Assembly: GCA_963676615.1 (NCBI GenBank)
Contig: OY781092.1
Span: forward strand, 896,001 to 960,000
Length of the DNA: 64,000 bases
Source: Candidatus Cloacimonadota bacterium
Lineage (GTDB): Bacteria > Cloacimonadota > Cloacimonadia > G963667145
Direction: 5' to 3'
The position numbers were made by a program, and so were the translations under genes. The notes beneath the pieces are model-generated. The model did not search any database, was not told where the DNA came from, and saw nothing but the letters and a program-made list of their open reading frames with translations. Positions 31,525 to 42,213 of this stretch are shown here, piece after piece. Position 1 is the first letter of the stretch; every line of letters begins with the position of its first letter.

Positions 31525-31563
31525 AAAAAAAAGAGCCTGCTCAAAATTTGAACGGGCTCTTTT
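31525..31563. terminator. Bidirectional intrinsic terminator
   Basis: A-run, GAGCCTG...CGGGCTC stem, T-run between the convergent BMP and phoU genes. Confidence 0.75.
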
Positions 31564-31577
31564 GCTATGCTTGATTT

Positions 31578-32219
31578 TTACTTAAACCAGTGCCGCACCT
31601 CTTTTCCCTCGTCGATAAAAATGCTGCCCTCGGCGATATTTGTCGTAAGGTCGGCTATCCGCTCGATATTTTTCGAAAAATTGTTAATCAAAAGCGCCTC
31701 CTCGATGCCAACTTTGTCCCGAATGAGCTTCCGCAGCACCTCGTCCTTGAGATTATCCACCACATCGTCCTGCCTGCAAACCTCTTTCGCCAAATCGCTA
31801 TCCTCGACAAAAAAACTTTTCAGCGAATCCAGAAACATACTTTTCGCCTTGTCCAGCATCTGCAAAATCTCATTTCGCAAAATATCTTTGCCGCTACTTT
31901 CCGCGAGTTTGCCGATAATCACCTTGTTGTTGTCGCACAAATCCGCTATCCGCTCCAAATCTGTGTTCACCTTGCGAATCATCAGCACCTCCCGCAAAGT
32001 TTTTGCGTGCGGCGTGCGCAGCGCCAAAATATAGAGCGCCGTTTTTTCCAGCTGCAAATCCGCTTCGTTCACTTTCTTCTCCAGAATGGCGACCTGCTCC
32101 AAACTTTGACAATCCCCGCTTTGATAGCACTCGGCGCAAATATCCATCATTTGCTCGACGCGCAAAGTTTGCTCCTTCAAGCTCTTTTTCAACTCTTCAA
32201 TCTTTTTTTGTATCATCAT
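31578..32219 (-). CDS. phoU: Phosphate signalling protein PhoU
   Basis: Two ERIAD repeats, DDVVD; end of pst operon. Confidence 0.92.
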   Translation of the reverse strand: MMIQKKIEELKKSLKEQTLRVEQMMDICAECYQSGDCQSLEQVAILEKKVNEADLQLEKTALYILALRTPHAKTLREVLMIRKVNTDLERIADLCDNNKVIIGKLAESSGKDILRNEILQMLDKAKSMFLDSLKSFFVEDSDLAKEVCRQDDVVDNLKDEVLRKLIRDKVGIEEALLINNFSKNIERIADLTTNIAEGSIFIDEGKEVRHWFK

Positions 32220-32237
32220 TTCTCCGTCTAAAACCTA

Positions 32238-32990
32238 TTAACCAAAATTCCCTTGCAAATAATCTTCCGTCATTTTTTCCTGCGGATTGGTGAAAAGATG
32301 CTTGGTTTTGCCAAACTCAACCATCTTGCCCAAATACATAAACGCCGTGTTGTCCGAAATTCTGCCAGCTTGCCCGATGTTGTGCGTCACAATCAAAATC
32401 GTCATCTGTTTTTTCAGCCGCAAACAAAGCTCCTCAATCTTCAGCGTTGATTTAGGATCGAGCGCCGAAGTTGGCTCGTCCAAAAGCAGCACCTTGGAAT
32501 CGTTGGCTATCGCCCGCGCAATGCACAAACGCTGCTGCTGTCCGCCAGAAAGCCGCAACGCGCTGCCGTGCAAGCGGTCTTTGACTTCGTCCCAAATCCA
32601 AGCCTCTTTCAGCGCCGCAACAACTTTCTCTTCCAAATCTTTTTTGGGAACACCCCGCAATCTTGGTCCGTAGCTGATGTTGTCAAAAATCGATTTCGGG
32701 AACGGATTTGGTCGCTGAAACACCATTCCCACGCGGGTGCGCAGATCGTTCACATTGCATTTTGGCGAAAAAATATCTTCGCCTTCCAGCAAAATTTTCC
32801 CCTCGATTCTGAGCACTGGCGATAGGTCGTTCATCCGATTAAATGTGCGCAAAAGCGTCGATTTGCCGCAACCAGACGGTCCTATCAAGGCGGTTATTTT
32901 GTTCGTCTGCACCCCCAAGTTCACATCTTTTAACACACGATTTTCCGCAAACCACAAGTTCAAATTTTTCGTCTCTATTATATTCATCAA
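32238..32990 (-). CDS. pstB: Phosphate ABC transporter ATPase
   Basis: [43 protein letters not shown]. Confidence 0.96.
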   Translation of the reverse strand: MMNIIETKNLNLWFAENRVLKDVNLGVQTNKITALIGPSGCGKSTLLRTFNRMNDLSPVLRIEGKILLEGEDIFSPKCNVNDLRTRVGMVFQRPNPFPKSIFDNISYGPRLRGVPKKDLEEKVVAALKEAWIWDEVKDRLHGSALRLSGGQQQRLCIARAIANDSKVLLLDEPTSALDPKSTLKIEELCLRLKKQMTILIVTHNIGQAGRISDNTAFMYLGKMVEFGKTKHLFTNPQEKMTEDYLQGNFG

Positions 32991-33000
32991 TTCCTCTTAA

Positions 33001-33849
33001 CTATCTGTTTTTCCGTATTTTATAACGCATCACCACCGCAACCGAGCTAACGCCCACGACCAGCAAAATCAAAATAAACGCCGAGCCATAGGCGATGGGT
33101 ATCTGGCTTTGCGGGTGCACGCCTTCGCTGACAAGGGCGTAGATGTGATATGGCAGCGCCATCACTTCCGAAAACAAGCCCGTGGGCAAAAATCGGGAGT
33201 AAAAAGTGACGGCGGTGAACATTATCGGGGCTGTCTCGCCCGCAACACGACCGACGCTGATGATTATTCCCGTGAGGATGTTTGGCAAAGCCACTGGCAG
33301 CGCCACCTGCAAGACCGTCTGCGTTTTGTTCGCTCCGAGTCCATAGGAAGCCTCCAGATAATCTTTGGGAACTTTCGAAAGCGCCTCGCACGCATTGGAG
33401 ACAATCATCGGCAGCACCAACACAGCCAGCGTGCTAGAGCCAGCCAGCAGACTCACGCCCATATGCATCAGCTTTACAAACACCGTCAGCCCAAACAGTC
33501 CGTAAACTATCGACGGCACGCCAGCCAAGGTATCCAGAGCCATCTGCACAGTTTTTTTCATAATCCCTGGGCGAGCGTAATAGACAAGGTAGATTGCACT
33601 CAAAATCGCAAAAGGCGTTGACAACGCAATAGATAGCAGCGTCAGCAAAAATGTTCCCAGCAATGCGGGAAAGATACCGCCTTCGGTCATTCTGTTTAAC
33701 GGCGCGCTGGTCAAAAATTCCCAAGAAAGCACCGACGCTCCTCGCACCAAAACATCCAACAAAAAAACGAGCAAAAACAGCCCCGTAAAGGCGATGCACA
33801 CTGTCAAAAAATAGAAGCCCAATCTCTCTTTTAGGTCGCGGACTCTCAT
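33001..33849 (-). CDS. pstA: Phosphate ABC transporter permease
   Basis: GGIFPALLGT, LAGVPSIVYGLFG, RVAGETAP. Confidence 0.93.
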   Translation of the reverse strand: MRVRDLKERLGFYFLTVCIAFTGLFLLVFLLDVLVRGASVLSWEFLTSAPLNRMTEGGIFPALLGTFLLTLLSIALSTPFAILSAIYLVYYARPGIMKKTVQMALDTLAGVPSIVYGLFGLTVFVKLMHMGVSLLAGSSTLAVLVLPMIVSNACEALSKVPKDYLEASYGLGANKTQTVLQVALPVALPNILTGIIISVGRVAGETAPIMFTAVTFYSRFLPTGLFSEVMALPYHIYALVSEGVHPQSQIPIAYGSAFILILLVVGVSSVAVVMRYKIRKNR

Positions 33850-34712
33850 GCTACCTCTCCTCTATTTGATAGGTAATTCGCCACCAAAACTAGCCCGAAA
33901 CAGATCACAAAAAGCAGCATACTGATGGCGAAAAGGGCGTAATAGTGCACCGAGCCGATTACCGTCTCACCCATCTCCATCGCCACTGTGGCTGGCATCG
34001 GGCGCACGGGACTAAAAATCGAAGTGGGGATTATCGCCGCTCCTCCTGCGAGCATCACCACCACCATCGTCTCGCCCACGGCTCTGCCGAGTCCCAGCAC
34101 CAGCGATTTCATCACGCCAGTTTTAGCTGCGGGCAACACGACTTTAATCGTCGTCTCCCATTTGTTCGCCCCAAGTCCCAGCGACGCTTCTCGCAGCGAC
34201 ATCGGCACGACCGAAAATGCGTCTTCGCTCACCGAGCAAATTATCGGCACGACCATTATTCCCAAAATTACCGAAGTTGTGAAAAGGTTCAGCCCGATTG
34301 CCGCTCCCAAATATTTTTGTACAAATGGAGCCAGTACAACCATTCCAAAAAGTCCGTAAACTACCGACGGAATGCCCGCCAGAAGCTCGATTGTGGGTTT
34401 GACAATCTCGCGAAATCGCTCTCCTGCAAACTCCGAGAGATAGATTCCAGAGCCGATTCCCAGCGGCACAGCCACGATCATCGCTCCCAGCGTCACGGCA
34501 AAAGAGCCTACAATGATGGCTCCGATGCCAAAGCTGGGCGAGCTCGCCGTTGGTCTCCATTGGGTGTTAAAAACAAAATCGGAGAAAGAGACAAACTCAA
34601 AAAGTTTTATCCCCTCTCCGAAGATGCTAAAAACGATTCCCAAAAGAGCCAATATCACGCTCACCGCCGACGCATAGACCAAAAAAGTGAATATTTTTTC
34701 TTTTGTTTTCAT
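33846..34712 (-). CDS. pstC: Phosphate ABC transporter permease
   Basis: ELLAGIPSVVYG, GRAVGETM. Confidence 0.93.
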   Translation of the reverse strand: MKTKEKIFTFLVYASAVSVILALLGIVFSIFGEGIKLFEFVSFSDFVFNTQWRPTASSPSFGIGAIIVGSFAVTLGAMIVAVPLGIGSGIYLSEFAGERFREIVKPTIELLAGIPSVVYGLFGMVVLAPFVQKYLGAAIGLNLFTTSVILGIMVVPIICSVSEDAFSVVPMSLREASLGLGANKWETTIKVVLPAAKTGVMKSLVLGLGRAVGETMVVVMLAGGAAIIPTSIFSPVRPMPATVAMEMGETVIGSVHYYALFAISMLLFVICFGLVLVANYLSNRGEVA

Positions 34713-34756
34713 AAATTTCTAACCGTTATTTTGTTCAAAAATCTTGCGTCGCCAAG

Positions 34757-35566
34757 CTAGTTAACCGCCACAAAACCTTGGTCAGAAACGATTTTTTGTC
34801 CTGCAGAAGATTTCACGAAATCCAAATATTTTTTTGTCATCCCTTTTGGCTGACCATTGGTGTACATTTGCAAAGACCTGGAAATCGGATAGTCGCCAGA
34901 TTTGATACCAGCTTTGGTGATAACTTTGCCCGCAACTCGCAAAACATTCACACCGTGATTGATGTAGCCATAGCCGATGTAGCCAATAGCGCCCGGCGTG
35001 GTCTTCACGCTGCTAACCACAGCGTTGTTCGAGCCGAGTTTGAGCGACGACGCCACAAATTTTTGCTTGTGCATCACTTTTTTCTCAAAAGTCTCAAAAG
35101 TCCCAGAAGAGGCGTCCCTGTTGATCACCACAATCTCTTTGTCCATACCGCCCAGCTCTTTCCAGTTGATTATTTTTCCGCTGTAAATATCACGCAAATC
35201 TTCCATACTGATTTGCCCGATTTCGTTCGATTTGTCCACAATCACAGCAATTCCGTCGAAAGCGACAATGTGCTTCACCAAATCGACACCCTCAGCTTTT
35301 GCTTTTTGAATTTCCTTGCCTTTTGCCAATCTCGACGCATCGCCGATGTCCACAGTCCCTTCGATTACGCTGGCAATACCAACCGACGAGCCACCGCCAC
35401 GCACACTCACATCCGCATTATCGTTCCGCTGCATAAAAGCCTCCGCAGTCGCTTGCGCAATCGGCAAAACGGTCGTCGAACCCGCAATCGTCACCTTTTT
35501 AATATCGCCCTTGCAGCCCATCAAGGCTATCATACCCACACTCAACAAAACCAAAATTTTTCTCAT
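34757..35566 (-). CDS. pstS: Phosphate-binding lipoprotein
   Basis: Lipobox LMGC; AGSTTVLP, GGGSSVG, RDASSGT, YPISR. Confidence 0.93.
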   Translation of the reverse strand: MRKILVLLSVGMIALMGCKGDIKKVTIAGSTTVLPIAQATAEAFMQRNDNADVSVRGGGSSVGIASVIEGTVDIGDASRLAKGKEIQKAKAEGVDLVKHIVAFDGIAVIVDKSNEIGQISMEDLRDIYSGKIINWKELGGMDKEIVVINRDASSGTFETFEKKVMHKQKFVASSLKLGSNNAVVSSVKTTPGAIGYIGYGYINHGVNVLRVAGKVITKAGIKSGDYPISRSLQMYTNGQPKGMTKKYLDFVKSSAGQKIVSDQGFVAVN

Positions 35567-35651
35567 TTTTTTCTCTCCTTAAATTTTTACATTTTTTTTA
35601 GTAAGCTAAACCTTTTTTTAGCGTTCGTTATAAATTGTTATACTCGGCAAA

Positions 35652-35690
35652 TGTTAAAATTTTATAAAGGAAATGTTAAGATTGTGTAAA
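35652..35690 (-). promoter_or_regulatory. Pho box array (four direct repeats, 11-bp period)
   Basis: Minus strand TTTACA-N5-TTAACA-N5-TTTATA-N5-TTAACA upstream of pstS, followed by TATAAC. Confidence 0.8.
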
Positions 35691-35712
35691 AAAGTGAGAA
35701 AAGACAAAAAAG

Positions 35713-36367
35713 TTCTCTTCGTGCAGGCAAGGAGTACCTGAATGGCTACCAACCCTCCGTCATTGCGGGCTCCGACCCGCAATCTTTGCAAGAACCGCAG
35801 AGTTTTTTCTCTTATCAGAGGGATTCTTCGTTACCTTTTTTTGTCTGAACAAAAATAAGGTAACACCAAAAAAAATCAAATCATAAGCCTAAATTCTAAC
35901 TTGCAAAACTCGCTCGTTGTGGCTGTAGCAAAGGCTTTAAGATCAAGTCGGGCAGTCCTTTCGTAAGAGATTAAATCCTTTGGACAGCCAGCTAACTTCA
36001 GTCGTTTGAGCAAGTTTGACGAATTGAGGCTTGAATGATTGCTAACCCGCCCCGCCCGCCTGCTCGCCTAGACTGGCGATGGGAAGGACGCCCGCTTCAA
36101 ATCTGACACCAAAATAGAGAATTATCATTTGTTGCTTTTATTTTGGTGTCAGAACCCGATGAAGCGGGATGCTACCCCACCCGCTTGTGCGCTCTTCAGC
36201 TGGGAAGAGGCGGGCAATAAAAACTCAAATCGGGAAGCGTAAATCTGACCACATAAATACGGCTAATCATTTGAGACTTCATTTATGTGGTCAGATAGCT
36301 TAACGATTTCGTTTTTTGGTTTTTCTTTGGTTTTACCTTTCATTTGGACATCCAAAAGAAAGGTAAA
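35713..36367. repeat. Intergenic mosaic of palindromic modules, locus 1
   Basis: Several hairpins; 36084-36178 matches 42459-42553 at 89/95 nt by hand alignment; shorter modules shared with the other two loci. Confidence 0.8.
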
Positions 36368-36390
36368 TAAAAGCAAAAAAACTAAACATC

Positions 36391-36426
36391 AAAAAAAAGC
36401 GAATTAAGAAAAACTTAACTCGCTTT
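36391..36426 (-). terminator. Terminator after clpX
   Basis: GCGAGTTAAG-TTTTT-CTTAATTCGC followed by U8 on the minus strand. Confidence 0.75.
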
Positions 36427-36445
36427 AAAAAAAATGAAAAAAAAA

Positions 36446-37657
36446 TTAAAACTGATACTCCGGTTTGCCGCCGTCAGAAATCACATCTTGCCCCACTACG
36501 CACTTCTGCAGCCCTTGCATATCAGGCACTTCATACATAATGTCCAGCATACTCTTCTCCATAATCGAGCGTAAACTCCGCGCGCCAAGCTTCTGCGACA
36601 TCGCCAGCTCTGCCACCTTCTCCAGCGCCTGATCGGTAATCTCCAAATCAACACCCTCCAGCGCGAACAAAGCCTTATACTGCCGCACCAAAGCGTTTTT
36701 CGGCACCGTCAAAATATTTTTCAACGCCTGCTTATTCAACTGCTCAAAAGTCGTTAAAACTGGCAACCTGCCAATCATCTCTGGAATCAGCCCGTAATGC
36801 AAAATATCCTCGTAACTCACCTGCTGCATCAGCTGGCTTTTTTGCTCTTTGCTGATAATCGTCGAGTCGAAACCGATGCTCTTTTTATTCACCCGCTGCT
36901 TGATCAGCCGCTCGATACCCGCAAAAGCTCCGCCAACGATAAACAAAATATCGCTCGTATCCATCTGAATAAAATCTTGATTTGGATGCTTGCGTCCACC
37001 TTTTGGCGGCACATTCACCACCGTTCCTTCCAAAATCTTCAAAATCGCCTGTTGCACACCCTCGCCAGAAACATCCCTCGTAATACTCGTGCTCTCCGAT
37101 TTGCGAGCAATCTTGTCGATCTCGTCGATATAGATAATCCCCTTCTCCGCCTTTTTCACATCATAATTCGCACTCTGCAAAAGGCGCACCAAAATATTTT
37201 CAACATCCTCACCCACATAGCCCGCTTCGGTCAAAGTCGTCGCATCGGCAATCGCAAAAGGCACCTTGAGCATCTTCGCCAAAGTTTGGGCGATATAAGT
37301 TTTGCCACAGCCCGTAGGACCCATCATCAAAATATTGCTCTTCTCGATTTTAACGCCATCCTGCTCCTGCGCCTTCCACACCCGCTTGTAATGATTATAC
37401 ACCGCCACAGCAATCGTCCGCTTCGGGCTATCCTGACCGATGACATACTCGTCCAAATACTCCTTAATCTTCGCTGGCGTCGGCAAAAGCAAATCCTGCT
37501 CCAGACTCTCCTCATCCTCATACCGCTCGTGAAAAATATTCGCACAATGATCCACACACTCGCTACAAATCGCCACATTACCAACCTTAATCAGCTCGCG
37601 CTCTGGAGACTCCAGCTCGCCACAAAACGAGCATCTGCTCTGTCTATACTCACTCAT
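36446..37657 (-). CDS. clpX: ATP-dependent Clp protease ATPase subunit
   Basis: CSFCG Zn finger, [27 protein letters not shown] loop. Confidence 0.98.
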   Translation of the reverse strand: MSEYRQSRCSFCGELESPERELIKVGNVAICSECVDHCANIFHERYEDEESLEQDLLLPTPAKIKEYLDEYVIGQDSPKRTIAVAVYNHYKRVWKAQEQDGVKIEKSNILMMGPTGCGKTYIAQTLAKMLKVPFAIADATTLTEAGYVGEDVENILVRLLQSANYDVKKAEKGIIYIDEIDKIARKSESTSITRDVSGEGVQQAILKILEGTVVNVPPKGGRKHPNQDFIQMDTSDILFIVGGAFAGIERLIKQRVNKKSIGFDSTIISKEQKSQLMQQVSYEDILHYGLIPEMIGRLPVLTTFEQLNKQALKNILTVPKNALVRQYKALFALEGVDLEITDQALEKVAELAMSQKLGARSLRSIMEKSMLDIMYEVPDMQGLQKCVVGQDVISDGGKPEYQF

Positions 37658-38246
37658 TCACCTGACTCCGATTCTCTAGCACCTTGTCCAAAATCCCATA
37701 CTCCACACTCTCCTGCGCCGACATAAAAAAATCTCGATTTGTATCTTTTTCGATCCTCTTCAAAGTTTTGCCCGTGTGATGACTCAAAATTTGGTTCAAC
37801 TTGTCCCGAACTTTCAAAATCTCGTTCGTATGAATCTCGATATCGCTCGCCTGACCTTGCATTCCGCCAAGCGGCTGATGAATCATCACTCTTGAATTTT
37901 GCAGCGCAAACCGCTTGCCTTTTTCGCCTCCAGCCAAAAGCACAGCTGCCATCGAACAAGCTTGTCCAAGACAAATCGTCGAAACTTTCGGCGTGATAAA
38001 CTGCATCGTATCATAAATTGCCAAACCCGCAGTCACCACACCCCCTGGCGAGTTCAAATAAAGATAGACATCCTTATGCGGATCTTCGCTCTCCAGATGC
38101 AACAACTGCGCACACACCAAATTCGCCACCGTATCGTCGATCTGCGAGCCGATAAAAATTATCCGATCTTTTAGAAGCCTAGAAAAAATATCGTAAGCCC
38201 GCTCCGAGCGACCAGACTGCTCCACCACCATTGGCACAAAAGACAT
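37650..38246 (-). CDS. clpP: Clp protease proteolytic subunit
   Basis: [32 protein letters not shown]. Confidence 0.98.
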   Translation of the reverse strand: MSFVPMVVEQSGRSERAYDIFSRLLKDRIIFIGSQIDDTVANLVCAQLLHLESEDPHKDVYLYLNSPGGVVTAGLAIYDTMQFITPKVSTICLGQACSMAAVLLAGGEKGKRFALQNSRVMIHQPLGGMQGQASDIEIHTNEILKVRDKLNQILSHHTGKTLKRIEKDTNRDFFMSAQESVEYGILDKVLENRSQVNE

Positions 38247-39523
38247 TATTTATCCTCTTTCTTATCCGATTTTGGCGCAGCATCGCTCTCTTTTTTCGCC
38301 ATCTGTTCGGGAGTCACAACCGTCATTTTCTTCACAATCTTATCCACGATTTTGCTATCCAAAGCCGGCGCAAAATATCTCTGCTCATCAGCAACGCTAT
38401 CCTTAAACTTCTTGCGATACTCGTCGATGCTCATCTTCATGCCGTCGGCGTTCAACTTCACAAACTTTTCTTTCTCATTATCGGTGAGCGTCACGCCCAA
38501 ACTCTCGCGGAAAAATTCCAGCACATAAACTTCCAGTAGCTGCATCTGCGCCATATTCACAAACATCGGCATCACGCCATCAATCTTCGACTTATACGCA
38601 TTCATATACGGCTGAGCCATCTGGCGCGCGTAATCGATCACCAAATCTTGCGGAACCTCCAAAGAGTTCGCCTTGGCAAGAGCAGCCACCATCGCCTGCT
38701 TCTTCAGCGCCACATTCTCCGTTTCCACCTTCGATTTCAGTTCGTCCTTAATTTGCGCCTTCATCGCCTTCAAATCATCAAAACCAGAATCTTTGGCAAA
38801 CTCATCGTCAATCTTCGGCAAATCCAGCCTCTTAATCGCCGTGATTTTCAGCTCGACATCTTTCATATCCGAACCGTCTTTCTCTTTGCTATAATCCATC
38901 TGCGCAGTCAGCTCATCACCAACTTTCACACCCTTGAGAGCGTCCTCAAACTTCTTACCATAAGGCGTGCTGCCACAAATAAAATTCCGCTGAAACTCCT
39001 TGCCGCTAGCCACAAACTTCATATCCGCATAAATCGTATCGCCCTTTTTGGGAGCAGAATCAATCTCCACCAGCTCGCCCAGCTTATACTGCAAATTTTG
39101 CAACTCCGCATCCACCTCTTTCGCCCCAACCTTCTTCGGCTCAAAAACCATCTCCACGCCCTCGTAATCGACCTTCTCATACTTCGGCGCAACCTGATAA
39201 GAGTAGGTAATCTCAAGGCTCTTGTCGTCATTTTCCTTAATATCCAAAATATTACCAGCCGACAAAGGCTTGATCTCCAGCTCATCCACCACAAACTTAT
39301 ACTGCGCAGAAGCAAAATCTTCCCGAAACTGAGAAGCGATGCCCTCTCCATAATTTTTCTCCACCATAGCAAGCGGCGCTTTACCCTTGCGAAAACCCTT
39401 GATACTCACCATCTTAGCATACTTCTTCAAAGATTTTTGATACTCTTTACTCACCAGCTCCGCCGGAAAAACGACTACAGCCTCTCTCTTACACTGACCA
39501 ATCTCTTTCAGCTTAATATCCAT
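38246..39523 (-). CDS. tig: Trigger factor
   Basis: GFRKGKAP motif, tig-clpP-clpX synteny; ATG at 39523 with GGAG RBS. Confidence 0.92.
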   Translation of the reverse strand: MDIKLKEIGQCKREAVVVFPAELVSKEYQKSLKKYAKMVSIKGFRKGKAPLAMVEKNYGEGIASQFREDFASAQYKFVVDELEIKPLSAGNILDIKENDDKSLEITYSYQVAPKYEKVDYEGVEMVFEPKKVGAKEVDAELQNLQYKLGELVEIDSAPKKGDTIYADMKFVASGKEFQRNFICGSTPYGKKFEDALKGVKVGDELTAQMDYSKEKDGSDMKDVELKITAIKRLDLPKIDDEFAKDSGFDDLKAMKAQIKDELKSKVETENVALKKQAMVAALAKANSLEVPQDLVIDYARQMAQPYMNAYKSKIDGVMPMFVNMAQMQLLEVYVLEFFRESLGVTLTDNEKEKFVKLNADGMKMSIDEYRKKFKDSVADEQRYFAPALDSKIVDKIVKKMTVVTPEQMAKKESDAAPKSDKKEDK

Positions 39524-39785
39524 CAAAACTCCTACTCCTGCGTCAAAAAAATTACAAATCGCCACAAAACCACCTGCAATCTTCAATCAGCAACAACTAT
39601 TTCAAATTTACTACCACCCAAAAAATAAGTGCCAAGCTGTCAAACAATTTGTTTTTCTGCCAATTTCACTCATTTTTATCATCCAAAAATTCGTTGTTTC
39701 TTCCTTGTAATGGAAAAATAAAATCAACATAACCGACCTTTTCGACCAAACTAACAAAAAAAATTACGGGGATTTAAAAAGAAAA

Positions 39786-39871
39786 TGGTGCGAGAGGGGG
39801 GATTTGAACCCCCAAGAGCAGAGCTCGCTGGATTCTAAGTCCAGTGCGTTTACCAATTTCACCACTCTCGC
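39786..39871 (-). tRNA. tRNA-Leu(UAG)
   Basis: GCGAGAGTGGTGAAATTGGTAAAC...ACTTAGAA...long variable arm...GGTTCAAATCC...CTCGCACCA. Confidence 0.95.
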
Positions 39872-40015
39872 ATCTTTGACAACCAATGCCAACACCGACT
39901 CACAATCTAAAAAAAGCTCCCCGCTGTCAAACAATTTCTTCCCGAAAAACAGTTCAACAGCAAGGAGTCTTTCTAAATTTCGTCCCTTTTCCCCCAGAAA
40001 AAAAATGCGACCTCT

Positions 40016-42061
40016 TTAGTTCTCGCTCTTTTGGGCAATCAATTTGTTCGCCAAATCTGGTTGCAAAATCTGGTAGTGCGAAAATTTTTGGATAAACCTG
40101 CCTCTGCCTTGCGTCAGAGATTTCAAAGTCGGAAAGTAACTAAAAAGCTCCGAAAGCGGCAACTGCGCCTCTATCACCTGATTTTTCCCCTTCTGACTCA
40201 TCCCACTAACCATCCCCCGACGCGACGACAAATCGCTGATAACATCGCCCATATACTCCGCCGGCACATTTATCTGCACCGTGTGAATCGGCTCCAAAAT
40301 CACTGGCTGAGCCGCAACAAAGCCCTCTTTGAGCGCCATCGACGCCGCCGTCTTAAAAGCCGCCTCGCTAGAATCCACCGTGTGATACGAGCCGTCATAA
40401 ACCTCCACCATAATATCGCTCACCGGATAACCAGCCACAATTCCCTTGGCAATCGTCTCCTTCAGCCCCTTTTCTATTGCGGGAATAAACCCTTTTGGAA
40501 TCACTCCGCCGACAATCGACGACTTAAACTTAAAGCCCTCACCACGCTTCACAGGCGAAATCCGAAAATAAACTTCCGCAAACTGACCTCTGCCGCCCGA
40601 CTGCTTTTTGTGTCGATAATGACTCTCCACATTTTTGCTAATCGTCTCCATATAAGGCACTTTCGGCTCTTGCAGCTGGCACTTCACATTATAAAAATCG
40701 CTCAACTTCTTCTTGATTAGCTCCAGCTGGCTCAAACTAATGCCCGAAAGCACCGACTGCCGCGTCTTCTCGTTGTAATCCAGATGCAAAGTTTTATCCT
40801 CGTGCAACACCTTATCCAACACCTCGCCCAGCTTGTTCTCATCATCGTGCGACTCCGCCACAATCGTCCGCCAAACATACGGCGACGGCAAAACTGGCGG
40901 CATCACCTGCAAACTATCGTCCTTGGTCAAGGTGTTCAAACTTTGGCAATCTTTGAGCTTCACCAAAACGCCCAGCTGCCCAGCGGTCAACTCGTGCACA
41001 TCTTTCCGCTTTTTGCCCACAGTTTTATGCAGCGAGCCAATCTTCACCTTCTTCCCCGTTTCTGGCACATAAAAAGTTTCGCCCGTCTGCAACTTGCCAC
41101 GCATTACTCGCACAAAACAGACCGTGCCGACCGACTCTTCCGAAAGAGTTTTGTAAATATACGCAAGCGCTGGAGCATCATCCTTCGCCTCCACAATCTC
41201 TGGTTTGCCATCGCGGAGCACCTTGATTTTATTATCCTCCAGCGGAGACGGAAGCTCCCGCACAAGACAGTCCAGCGTAACGCCCACAGCCTTATCCTCA
41301 ATCGCCGAACAGGCAAACACAGGCGTAATCAGCCCTTCTCTGATGCCACTTTTCAGCCCTTGCAGCAACTGTTCCTGATCCAGCTCGCCCTTTTCCAAAT
41401 AAATATCCAACATCTGCTCCGAAGTCTGCGCTACCGCCTCGTTGAGCATCTCCAAAGCCTCCTGCACATCGTCCTCCATCTCCGTCGGCACAGGCTGCTC
41501 CTTACCATCGATAAACGCCTTCTGCTTAATCAAATGCACCACTCCACGAAAATCGCTCCCTTGACCAATCGGAATGCAAATCGGCGCTGGCGACAAATTT
41601 GAATGCTCCCGAATTTCCTGCAGAACTGCCTTGAAATCGGCATCTTTCTGATCCATTTTGTTAATCACAATCGCCTTGCAAATCTCGGGGATAACCTCCA
41701 ACTTACCGATAGACAGCTCCAAACTCGCCTGATAACCAGCGCTCGCACTGGCAAAAATCACCGCCGATTCCGCAGCTTTGGTCGCCATCATCTGCTCGCC
41801 CACAAAATCGGGATTTCCAGGCGTATCGATAATATTCACCTTCGTCCCTTTCCAATCAAACTGCGCCAAAGACAAATTTATCGAACTTTGCTGCTCAATC
41901 TCCTGGGGCGAAAAATCCATCACCGTGTTCCCCTCTGCAACGCTCCCAGCTCTGCCAATCACGCCAGCGCTCGCCAGCACCTGCTCACAAAAAGTCGTTT
42001 TGCCAGCTCCAGCACCACCTACCAAAAAAAAATTACGAGTCTCTTTCATTTTCGAATACAC
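40016..42061 (-). CDS. Elongation factor G paralogue (EF-G2-like); start 42061 or 42049
   Basis: GAGKTT, DTPG, NKMD, HKKQSGGRGQF, DGSYHTVDSS; not in a str operon. Confidence 0.9.
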   Translation of the reverse strand: MYSKMKETRNFFLVGGAGAGKTTFCEQVLASAGVIGRAGSVAEGNTVMDFSPQEIEQQSSINLSLAQFDWKGTKVNIIDTPGNPDFVGEQMMATKAAESAVIFASASAGYQASLELSIGKLEVIPEICKAIVINKMDQKDADFKAVLQEIREHSNLSPAPICIPIGQGSDFRGVVHLIKQKAFIDGKEQPVPTEMEDDVQEALEMLNEAVAQTSEQMLDIYLEKGELDQEQLLQGLKSGIREGLITPVFACSAIEDKAVGVTLDCLVRELPSPLEDNKIKVLRDGKPEIVEAKDDAPALAYIYKTLSEESVGTVCFVRVMRGKLQTGETFYVPETGKKVKIGSLHKTVGKKRKDVHELTAGQLGVLVKLKDCQSLNTLTKDDSLQVMPPVLPSPYVWRTIVAESHDDENKLGEVLDKVLHEDKTLHLDYNEKTRQSVLSGISLSQLELIKKKLSDFYNVKCQLQEPKVPYMETISKNVESHYRHKKQSGGRGQFAEVYFRISPVKRGEGFKFKSSIVGGVIPKGFIPAIEKGLKETIAKGIVAGYPVSDIMVEVYDGSYHTVDSSEAAFKTAASMALKEGFVAAQPVILEPIHTVQINVPAEYMGDVISDLSSRRGMVSGMSQKGKNQVIEAQLPLSELFSYFPTLKSLTQGRGRFIQKFSHYQILQPDLANKLIAQKSEN

Positions 42062-42213
42062 TCCTTTTTAATCAATGCTCACACTTCCAGTCGCCATAAC
42101 GGTTAATATTCTCGAAAAATAAAGACAATAAAAAAAAGGTCAAGAGTTTTTTTGGAAGGTAAAATACCAGAGCTTTCTCATAATTTTTGAAAATCAACAA
42201 ACTCGCCTTTTGC

